From UHGV virus genome UHGV-0072288: 13,766 nt of DNA, one strand, 5' to 3'. The notes under the pieces are model-generated. The model searched no databases and had not been told where the DNA came from. It saw nothing but the letters and a program-made list of their open reading frames with translations. The stretch comes from a virus. The translations under genes and the position numbers were made by a program. Positions within the stretch are counted from its first letter, which is position 1. Each line of letters opens with the position of its first letter. Positions 7,011 through 13,766 of the stretch are shown piece by piece.

Positions 7011-8028
7011 TAATCACCTTCCAGCTCACTGTCTTTCAGGAAATTAAGGTACAGGTGGGGCGGTACATCACTTTCCTGTTCCACTGCGGCGGTAAACATG
7101 CGCTGAATGGGCAAAATTTCTGCTTTGCGGTAGGTTTTGGACGCTTTCTCAACATCTCCCATTACTGCGCCGTTCGTCGGGATAATCCCCGCCAGTCCTG
7201 CCGGGAATCGATGCGCGGTCAGTACGTCCTGGGCGCTGATGCTCTTGATGTTCTGAAACTCATCTTTGGCGCTGATATCCCCAATCGGGATAAATTTGAT
7301 GCCGTCCGGATCGCCTTTGGGGATGTTCACAAACATGGTGCTGAAGTTCCCGATCCCCTTTGACTGCTCCAGCTTCTGAATAATTTCTTCTTCCACTTCA
7401 TCAGTCATATTTGGGTCGTTACAGTAGATCATGCCACCTGTGTGTCCGCCGTTATGGTAGTAACGCCGACGAAAAATTGTTGCCTCACCGTTAAGCAGGG
7501 CAGAATGGATACCGCTGATATAATCCGGCAGACCATAAATCGCCTGTTGCGGATCGTACTGCCTGAGAAAAATAATATCTTCAGGCGGATAAATCATCGG
7601 TTCACCCTGCTGCAGTACCACAAACTCCCCGGTCTTACGCTGGCGGGTGAAGTGGAAGCCGGGGGTTACGGTCCCCCCCCCCCCCCCCAGCCGTTACGCA
7701 CTTTCAGAATGGCCACATCACCGAAGGTCAGCCAGTCGAACACGGCTGCACCAAGCTGTTCATGCGTCAGTCCGCCGTCTTTATAGTTTGCCGTCACCAT
7801 ATTGCGACGGGCATACAGCACACCGCCGTGCTGCGCGTTCAGGTTCACCAGTTGCGCCAGCGCCAGCCGGTCAATCGGGAGCGTCCAGTGTTCCGCTTCA
7901 TTGTCATACCAGACGTCTGTGTAGTTTGTGCCGGTCGTCAGAATGGGTTCCGGTTTACCCAGGGTAATAAGGCTCATATGGCGCGGCTTGCTGGCGGTGC
8001 GGCGTTCCCTGTATTTCCGTTTTTTCAT
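7010..8028 (-). pseudogene. Q: Portal protein (P2 gpQ-like), frame interrupted by a 16-nt homopolymer
   Basis: Two minus-strand ORFs (7666-8028 and 7010-7621) together give ~340 aa, matching the ~344-aa P2 portal. The upstream frame reads ...LKVRNGWGGGGGP-stop through the G16 tract. The downstream frame is open back through the tract (...GGGGGTVTPGFHFTRQRKTGEFVVLQQGEPM...). ATGA overlap with the terminase stop at 8025-8028. Confidence 0.8.
7673..7688. repeat. Homopolymeric tract C16 (+ strand) = G16 in the portal coding sense
   Basis: Direct count: 16 consecutive C at 7673-7688. Tract lengths of 14 or 17 would join the two portal reading frames; the observed 16 does not. Confidence 0.95.
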
Positions 8029-9158
8029 GCTGCTTTCCCTAAGTTACCCCAGCGTGATTTTCGCTGGTTTTCAAAGTTTAATGGCTCGTTGTCAATGGCA
8101 TGGGCGATAGCCCAGAAACTGTCTGCGTGTCCTGTTTCTGCTGTGCGATCGGCGACGAAAGTCATTGCGTTGCCGCTGGCCGTGGACGTACGGCGGATGG
8201 TCATAAAGCTGGCGGCGATTTCGGTCTTCTCCTTATCCCATTCCACGCGGCCGTCTTCGATAACGTCGATCATCTTCATCACCAGACGATTTTTGGTCTC
8301 GACGCCGTAGCGGATCGCCACTGCCTGACGCATGGCAAAGTGCTGAACGTCTTCAAAGACACCGCTACCCAGTCCAGTGATATCAATGCCGATGTAGGTC
8401 ATGTTGTACTGGCCAAACAGCTTCTTAATCTGTGCCGCCTGCCACTTCCAGTTCATCCCCTGCCAGTGGAATACACGCAGTACCCGAAATTTTTCGCCGG
8501 CCACTATCGGCGGCGCGATGATCACGAAGGTGGAGGTGTCTCCGCTGCGAGCCGGGTCATAACCCGCCCACACTTCACGGTTGCCGAACGGCCGGGGCAG
8601 GTTTTCGTCATGATCCTCCCAGAAATACCAGGTTGCACCAATCTGGCGGCTTTTCAGGATGTTCCTGATTTGCTGATGAAGATTAGCGCGAAGGTGTTTC
8701 TGGTAACCGAAAAGGTGCTCCAGCGCGAACCGGTCAAAATCTTCCTGTGTCAGTCCGCTGATGTCGTTCTTTTTGTACTTGCCACGTTTCCGGGGCTTTT
8801 CGTCGCCACCGGACTGACGCGCCGGCGCATCATTTTCACTGTGTTTAATTTCTGCCAGCTTTTCCTGATGCTTATTGTGCTGTGCACGTAGTTTCACCAG
8901 GTGAGAAACGAGACTGTCCAGCTCCCGCAGCTCCAGCTCCGATTTCCCTTCACGTAATGTCAGTGACTGAATGCGACGGTTTAATGCATCTTCGGTGGAT
9001 TCATGACTGAGTAATTCCGCCCAGCAATATTTCTCCGCCCAGTAATAGACAATGCGTCTGTTAGGCAGATTAAGTTCGCTGGCAATTTCCTGCGGGGTAT
9101 AGCGTTTTAAATAAAGCGCCCGCGCAACGCCTTTTAATTCTTCTGAATATTTAGCCAT
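8025..9158 (-). CDS. P: Terminase large subunit (P2 gpP-like), apparently shortened: N-terminal HTH plus C-terminal nuclease, ATPase core largely missing
   Basis: N-terminal HTH (YTPQEIASELNLPNRRIVYYW). Deviant Walker-A-like KSRQIGAT followed almost immediately by nuclease-type motifs (AGYDPARSGDTSTFVI; YIGIDITGLGSG; HADSFWAIAHA). 378-382 aa versus ~590 aa recalled for P2 gpP. Start uncertain (GTG 9173 or ATG 9158, neither with a good SD). Confidence 0.65.
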   Translation of the reverse strand: MAKYSEELKGVARALYLKRYTPQEIASELNLPNRRIVYYWAEKYCWAELLSHESTEDALNRRIQSLTLREGKSELELRELDSLVSHLVKLRAQHNKHQEKLAEIKHSENDAPARQSGGDEKPRKRGKYKKNDISGLTQEDFDRFALEHLFGYQKHLRANLHQQIRNILKSRQIGATWYFWEDHDENLPRPFGNREVWAGYDPARSGDTSTFVIIAPPIVAGEKFRVLRVFHWQGMNWKWQAAQIKKLFGQYNMTYIGIDITGLGSGVFEDVQHFAMRQAVAIRYGVETKNRLVMKMIDVIEDGRVEWDKEKTEIAASFMTIRRTSTASGNAMTFVADRTAETGHADSFWAIAHAIDNEPLNFENQRKSRWGNLGKAA

Positions 9159-9301
9159 GCACACATTATGCACGGGCGTTTGTATATTAAATCCCGCTTT
9201 ATTTCTGATGTGTTCGGCTAATAGCCTATATCCGAAATGAAGTGAATGCGGCGGTTAATTTTATTGGCGATACTGAAAACCGCAGCATGAACGGAGGCAA
9301 T
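9159..9301. promoter_or_regulatory. Divergent late-promoter region between terminase (P) and scaffold (O) genes
   Basis: Position equals the P2 divergent P/O late-promoter interval. Strong SD GGAGG at 9294-9298 before the O ATG. No TGT-N12-ACA Ogr-type dyad found by eye. Confidence 0.35.
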
Positions 9302-10141
9302 ATGTCAGGTTCACAACTGGCAACAAACTGGATTTGTATCGCCACTGCGGGTGAAACGGTTGATAAGCGATTTATTGAAGAACAATGGTTGCTTGATGCC
9401 GCTGAATTATATGACCCCTCTTTGTATACCGCGCTGTTATGGCCGGAACATTCCCGTAATTTCGGGAATATGGGGGAGGTGCTGGAAGTAAAAGCCGAGC
9501 GGGATGATGAAGGTATTCTTCGTTTATATGCCCGCCTCTGTCCGGCGATTTCATTGCTACAGGCAAATGCAGACGGTCAGCTTTTATTTTTATCACCGGA
9601 GTTTACACCGGACGGCAATTTCAGAAATACCGGGAAAACCTATCTTGAGGGACTGGCCATTACTGACAGTCCGGCCGGGGTAAGCACCACACGGTTACGT
9701 TTCAGCCGCACCAGGGGAAAACGCATCGGACCATACAAGCCGCTGGCGTTTGATGAAGTCAGGGAATTTAAAAAGGAAAAGGGAATGTCAAAGACAGCGA
9801 AAAAGGGCTGGCGCCATTTTTTCAGTATCGAAGAACCGGAGCAGACCCCGGAGCAGGAACCTTCACAGTCTGATGCCTTACAGGCGCTGGCTGAAGCGCT
9901 GGATGCCATTGATAAGCGCGTATCTGCTATTGAAACCCGTCTGGGTGAGGCGGAAGAAGCGGTATCTGATGTGCAGGACGATGTGGACACCGTGAAGGAA
10001 GTAGTGGACACCGAAGATTTTGCGCGTCTGGTGGGGAACCTGCCGGAGCTGGTGAAAAACTTCAGCAAGCTGAATAACAAAGTTACTCAACTGCCGGACA
10101 AGAAATTCAGCAAGGGCAAAAAAGGCTTCAATTTCCTGTAA
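9302..10141 (+). CDS. O: Capsid scaffolding protein (P2 gpO-like)
   Basis: 279 aa from ATG 9302 with GGAGG SD; the tool's 9242 start is GTG. N-terminal region resembles gpO and the C-terminal half is acidic/coiled-coil (EEAVSDVQDDVDTVKEVVDTEDF). Sits between terminase and major capsid genes. Confidence 0.75.
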   Translation: MSGSQLATNWICIATAGETVDKRFIEEQWLLDAAELYDPSLYTALLWPEHSRNFGNMGEVLEVKAERDDEGILRLYARLCPAISLLQANADGQLLFLSPEFTPDGNFRNTGKTYLEGLAITDSPAGVSTTRLRFSRTRGKRIGPYKPLAFDEVREFKKEKGMSKTAKKGWRHFFSIEEPEQTPEQEPSQSDALQALAEALDAIDKRVSAIETRLGEAEEAVSDVQDDVDTVKEVVDTEDFARLVGNLPELVKNFSKLNNKVTQLPDKKFSKGKKGFNFL

Positions 10142-10175
10142 GGGATAACACTACTTTTCTTTAAGGAAAAAGAAT

Positions 10176-11204
10176 ATGCAATTAAATGCGAAAGCCCGTG
10201 AGTTTCTGCTTCAGTATCACACCGGGCTGCGTGAATCCTACGGGGCGACCGACAGCGAACGCTGGTTTGCACTCACCGACCCCAAAGAAACCCAGCTGCG
10301 CAATGCGCTGATGGAGCAGTCTGATTTCCTGAATCTGATCACCGTTGCCGATGTCGATCAGCTGCAGGGGCAGGTGGTTCCGGTTGGCAGCTCTGGCCTG
10401 TATACCGGGCGTGTACTGGATGGCCGCTTCCGTAAGAAAGTGGGCGTGAGTGGTAATGATTACAGTCTGGTCGAGACCGACTCATGCGCCGCACTCACCT
10501 GGCAGTTGCTTTCTGTCTGGGCGAACGCCGGCGATGAAAACGAGTTTTTCCAGCGTGTTCAGGAGTTCACCAATCAGGCGTTTGCGCTGGATATGCTGCG
10601 TATCGGCTTTAACGGTACCAAAGTGGCCGAGACCACGAACGCGGAAACCAACCCGAACGGCGAGGATGTGAACAAGGGCTGGCATCAGATCGTCAAAGAG
10701 TGGAAGGACGGCCAGCAGATCATCACTGATGCGGTGGTGCTTGACGGTGACGGGAAAGGCGATTACGTGTCGCTGGATGCAATGGCCTCCGACCTTATCA
10801 ACGCCAAAATCCCGGCACAGTACCGTAATGATCCACGCCTGGTGGTTCTTGTCGGCGCTGATCTGGTCGCGGCGGAGTCGTTCCGTCTGTATCAGAAAGC
10901 AGACAAACCCACGGAGAAGATCGCCGCGCAACTGCTGTCTGACAGCATCGCCGGCCGCACGGCTTACGTACCGCCGTTTATGCCAGGCAAACGCATGATT
11001 GTTACGACACTGCCAAACCTGCACATCTACACCCAGCGCGGCACGCGTCAGCGTAAAGCGGAGTTTGTGGAAGACCGTAAACAGTACGAAAACAAATACC
11101 TGCGTAACGAAGGTTATGCGGTTGAGTATCCGGAACTGTACGCCGCGTTTGATGAAAGTGCGGTAGCTATCGGGGCACCTGTCGCGCCTCCGGCAGGCGA
11201 GTAA
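10176..11204 (+). CDS. N: Major capsid protein (P2 gpN-like)
   Basis: 342-aa ORF directly downstream of the scaffold gene with SD AAGGA. Size and position match P2 gpN (~357 aa). Confidence 0.75.
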   Translation: MQLNAKAREFLLQYHTGLRESYGATDSERWFALTDPKETQLRNALMEQSDFLNLITVADVDQLQGQVVPVGSSGLYTGRVLDGRFRKKVGVSGNDYSLVETDSCAALTWQLLSVWANAGDENEFFQRVQEFTNQAFALDMLRIGFNGTKVAETTNAETNPNGEDVNKGWHQIVKEWKDGQQIITDAVVLDGDGKGDYVSLDAMASDLINAKIPAQYRNDPRLVVLVGADLVAAESFRLYQKADKPTEKIAAQLLSDSIAGRTAYVPPFMPGKRMIVTTLPNLHIYTQRGTRQRKAEFVEDRKQYENKYLRNEGYAVEYPELYAAFDESAVAIGAPVAPPAGE

Positions 11205-11214
11205 GGGGGATTTA

Positions 11215-12252
11215 ATGCAACTGTCACCGGCACAGCGCCACAGCGCACGAATTGAAGCGGAGCGGTTACTGCGACAGCAGCAGTCTCTGGACACGGAAAC
11301 CAGCCTGCATATTCAGATTGTCGCGCTGGAGAAAGATGTCGCCGCAGCTGCAGCGATTGAAAGCCGCGCTGAGCGAATGGAATTTAAGCGTGATGTGCTG
11401 TTACCGCGCTGGATGCCAACCGCGCAAGCCGGGACGGTTATCCAGACAGAGCGCATTAACGGTCGCGTGTATGAGCTGGCCACCAGTGAGGATGTAGTGA
11501 TCGCTTCCGGTACGGCCTGCGCATTACTGCCGGTAAAAGCCACCGGCACCGGGGGCGCATATAACCTTGCGCCGGGATATTACCGCATTCTGCCGGTTGC
11601 CGTTGACGGTATCAGCCACGTGGCCAGCGAAGAAAACTGGCTGACCGTACCGGGCGCGGATGAAGAAAGTGATGACGAGCTGCGCGAACGCTGCCGCAAT
11701 CAGTTCAATCTGGTGGGGAATTACCACACTGACGCCGTTTACCGGTCGATGATTGCCGGCGTTGCAGGGCTGAGTATTGACCGGATTTTCTTTGAACATG
11801 AAGCGCCGAGGGGACCCGGTACCGCCAACGCGTATCTGTTGCTGGACAGCGGGGTGGCTTCTTCGCCGTTCGTGGATGCCGTCAATGACTATATCAACAC
11901 GCAGGGGCATCACGGCCACGGTGATGATATGCAGTGCTATCCCATGCCGGAAACGCTTCATGATCTGTCCGTCACAGTTTATGTCAAAAATCTGGCCAAT
12001 TTCAGCGATGAGGACAGGAAAACCCTGAAGGACGGGGTGGAGAACATGATCCGCTGTGCTTTTCGTGAGAATGCTGATTATGACGTCAGGAAGACGTGGC
12101 CATATTCGCGTTTTTCCTTTTCTCAGCTGGGGCGGGAGATCCACAGGACATTTGCTCAGACGGAATCACTGTCTTTTTCACTGGGTGATATCACCAGCGA
12201 ACTGAGTGTTCCACGCCTGAAATCGCTTGCGGTTGTTGTTGAAAATGAGTGA
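11215..12252 (+). CDS. Chimeric ORF: terminase small/endonuclease subunit (gpM-like) N-terminus (~73 aa) fused to a baseplate protein J-like body
   Basis: N-terminus MQLSPAQRH...KRDVLLPRWMP matches the gpM start (MTSPAQRH...KRELLPFWLPW, from memory). The remainder (...ESDDELRERCRNQF...GVASSPFVDAVNDYI...) resembles P2 gpJ (...ESDTDYRLRIQQAF...GVASEDLLAVVRNAL...). Implies an in-frame deletion of the M-to-J interval. Confidence 0.5.
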   Translation: MQLSPAQRHSARIEAERLLRQQQSLDTETSLHIQIVALEKDVAAAAAIESRAERMEFKRDVLLPRWMPTAQAGTVIQTERINGRVYELATSEDVVIASGTACALLPVKATGTGGAYNLAPGYYRILPVAVDGISHVASEENWLTVPGADEESDDELRERCRNQFNLVGNYHTDAVYRSMIAGVAGLSIDRIFFEHEAPRGPGTANAYLLLDSGVASSPFVDAVNDYINTQGHHGHGDDMQCYPMPETLHDLSVTVYVKNLANFSDEDRKTLKDGVENMIRCAFRENADYDVRKTWPYSRFSFSQLGREIHRTFAQTESLSFSLGDITSELSVPRLKSLAVVVENE

Positions 12253-12583
12253 GTTCCTGAAAAAGCTGGCCGGGATGGTGCTTCCTTCCTGGATGAACAA
12301 AGGCGAGCCGGCGAAGCTGCTGAAAACGGCGCGGCGGTTCTGGACTGAGGTTTACGGCTGGGTTACGTGGCCAGTGAATCAGTTCGATCCGCTGACGTGT
12401 ACGCCGGCATTACTGAACCTGCTGGCGTATGACCGCGATATACCGACCTGCTTTTGCGCTGGTTTACCGGTTATGTTGAACGTTCACAACCAGCTGAAAA
12501 CGGTTATCAGCGTCTGTTCATTCGTGAGCTGGCCGGTGTTTTTGAAAGGATGTGGCCATGTTCATTTCAGCACCCGACATTAA
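12245..12583 (+). CDS. Tail protein I-like (gpI / YmfQ family), C-terminal part doubtful
   Basis: ATG 12245 overlaps the upstream stop (ATGAGTGA). N-terminal ~65 aa (...VNQFDPLTCTPALLNLLAYDRDI) resembles gpI (...WNPDTCPANLLPWLAWAFSVDRWD). After ~12440 the frame is Cys-rich and atypical, while frame 2 opens at 12433 and stays open to the window end. Confidence 0.45.
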   Translation: MSEFLKKLAGMVLPSWMNKGEPAKLLKTARRFWTEVYGWVTWPVNQFDPLTCTPALLNLLAYDRDIPTCFCAGLPVMLNVHNQLKTVISVCSFVSWPVFLKGCGHVHFSTRH

Positions 12584-13766
12584 GGGATGTAGCCGGCTGG
12601 CTGACGGAAAACAGCGGGATCGGTGTCAGTGTACCCGATGTGTCTTACAGCGATACTCCGATCCCCCATTTCACCCATAACGGTACCGGCTATCAGTTGC
12701 TGAACAACCTGGGCAGGGCATTCAGTATCCAGGATTACATCTGGTACCAGTTGCCTGATGGTTCGCTTTACGTCGGCGGTGCTGAAAAGTCACTGTTTAC
12801 CGGTCGTCCGGTCGAAGTGCCGGCAGAGTTCAGCCAGGGGGCTGCTGGCGGGAATACCATAACGTTACCGGTGATCCAGACGATACGACCCGGCGTTGAG
12901 CTTAACGGTGAACGGGTCACCAAAGTCCATCTTACAAATGACACGATGACTATCACCTGGACACCCCGGAACCGCGTCACAGGCAGCCCCCTTCAGAAAA
13001 CACCGACACAACGACAGATTGAGAGCCATTATCCGGAACTGGCTTCCGGGCTTCATCTGCCAAAGATGGCCAGAGTGGTGGCACATACTGAACCCGTGAA
13101 AAGTGGTAATTTTGCCGATCCATTCCGGCCACGTTATGCCGTGGACGTTCAGCTGCTTGACGCAGACGGAAACCCGGACAATCAGACGCCTGTTTACTCA
13201 GCGGTGCCGCTGCCGGTGCCAATGGCCGGGAATGATTCAGGTATGTTTCAGTTTCCGCCAGAAGGGACGCTGGTTGAGGTTGCATTCACGGGAGGCAGAC
13301 CGGATAAACCCTTTATCAGGCAGACGCTGCCGGATGGTACCAGCCTGCCGGACGTTAAACCCGGTGAGCAATTGCAGCAGCAGAGGGAAGAAGTATCCCA
13401 GAGGGTGACTCAGGCTGGAGACTGGGTAAGGCAGACCGATCAAACCATCAGTGAAACATCGATGGCGCGAACCGTAAAAGCCGATACGGAGCAGCGCGAA
13501 CTGGTCAGCCGTGAAACCACGGTGAAAGCCACGGACAAAACCACGGTACTGGGAACCACCACACTGCTGGCCGGAGCCATCCAGCAGGTAAGCGCCGGTG
13601 ATTATAGCCAGGCGGTGAAAGGTAACAGGCTGGCCAGTATTGAAGGAAACGAAGAAACGGACATAGCAGGACAGCAGTCCACTAAAGTGGGCGGTGCTAT
13701 AGCCGTGGAGGTTGGCGAAAGCCTGACAGAGAAGATTGCCGCACTGCGTAAATCAGTGGCCGCCGG
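12550..13766 (+). CDS. Tail/baseplate spike-like protein with gpV/gp5/VgrG-type OB-fold motif and beta-helix-like repeats; partial at the window end, start uncertain
   Basis: Frame 2 is open from 12433 to the window end. Contains ...MFQFPPEGTLVEVAFTGGRPDKPFI..., matching the gp5/gpV/VgrG OB-fold signature, followed by Thr/Val/Gly-rich repeats (TVKADTEQRELVSRETTVKATDKTTVLGTT...). Candidate starts: ATG 12550 (SD abuts the ATG), GTG 12640, ATG 13066. Confidence 0.35.
   Translation, partial: MWPCSFQHPTLRDVAGWLTENSGIGVSVPDVSYSDTPIPHFTHNGTGYQLLNNLGRAFSIQDYIWYQLPDGSLYVGGAEKSLFTGRPVEVPAEFSQGAAGGNTITLPVIQTIRPGVELNGERVTKVHLTNDTMTITWTPRNRVTGSPLQKTPTQRQIESHYPELASGLHLPKMARVVAHTEPVKSGNFADPFRPRYAVDVQLLDADGNPDNQTPVYSAVPLPVPMAGNDSGMFQFPPEGTLVEVAFTGGRPDKPFIRQTLPDGTSLPDVKPGEQLQQQREEVSQRVTQAGDWVRQTDQTISETSMARTVKADTEQRELVSRETTVKATDKTTVLGTTTLLAGAIQQVSAGDYSQAVKGNRLASIEGNEETDIAGQQSTKVGGAIAVEVGESLTEKIAALRKSVAA

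Noticed and set aside
8100-8891. 263-aa + strand ORF, and similar long ORFs at 7762-8310 (+), 4152-5098 (-), 10482-11294 (-), 11524-12144 (-), 9640-10080 (-)
   Set aside because: All lie antisense to, or in alternative frames of, genes with clear phage-family signatures. Their translations are low-complexity (Arg/Cys/Pro-rich) and lack SD sequences, so they are treated as spurious.
9159-9301. Ogr-type late-promoter dyad (TGT-N12-ACA) in the P/O divergent region
   Set aside because: Searched by eye and found no convincing TGT-N12-ACA element. The region is still annotated as a putative promoter from position only.
1-13766. CRISPR arrays, rRNA/tRNA genes, IS elements/transposases, reverse transcriptase (retron/DGR)
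   Set aside because: No regularly spaced direct repeats, no tRNA-like structure near the att-proximal end, and no transposase or RT-like ORF in any frame.

Overview
This window reads as the left arm of a P2-like (Peduovirus-type) prophage that appears defective. All calls are by eye from the six-frame translations and motifs; no database search was run. Order: att-proximal end (1-144); tyrosine integrase, frameshifted (145-1138, -); C-type immunity repressor (1205-1504, -); divergent operator/promoter region; Cox-like gene (1613-1894, +); an AT-rich early cassette with a DEDDh 3'-5' exonuclease (1921-3056); a zinc-ribbon/TOPRIM/SF3 primase-helicase (3096-5753); a cargo 'hotspot' between the replication gene and the portal gene with a GT-A glycosyltransferase-like gene (5822-6541, -) and an Ogr/Delta-like zinc-finger gene (6681-7010, -); then head genes: portal Q interrupted by a 16-nt poly-C tract (7010-8028, -), a short large terminase P (8025-9158, -), scaffold O (9302-10141), major capsid N (10176-11204). 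The tail region looks rearranged: a terminase-small-subunit N-terminus fused to a baseplate-J-like body (11215-12252), a gpI-like ORF (12245-12583), and an open frame with a gpV/VgrG-type spike motif running off the window. The most interesting candidates are the hotspot cargo pair and the homopolymer tract in the portal gene. No CRISPR, rRNA, tRNA or transposase was seen.
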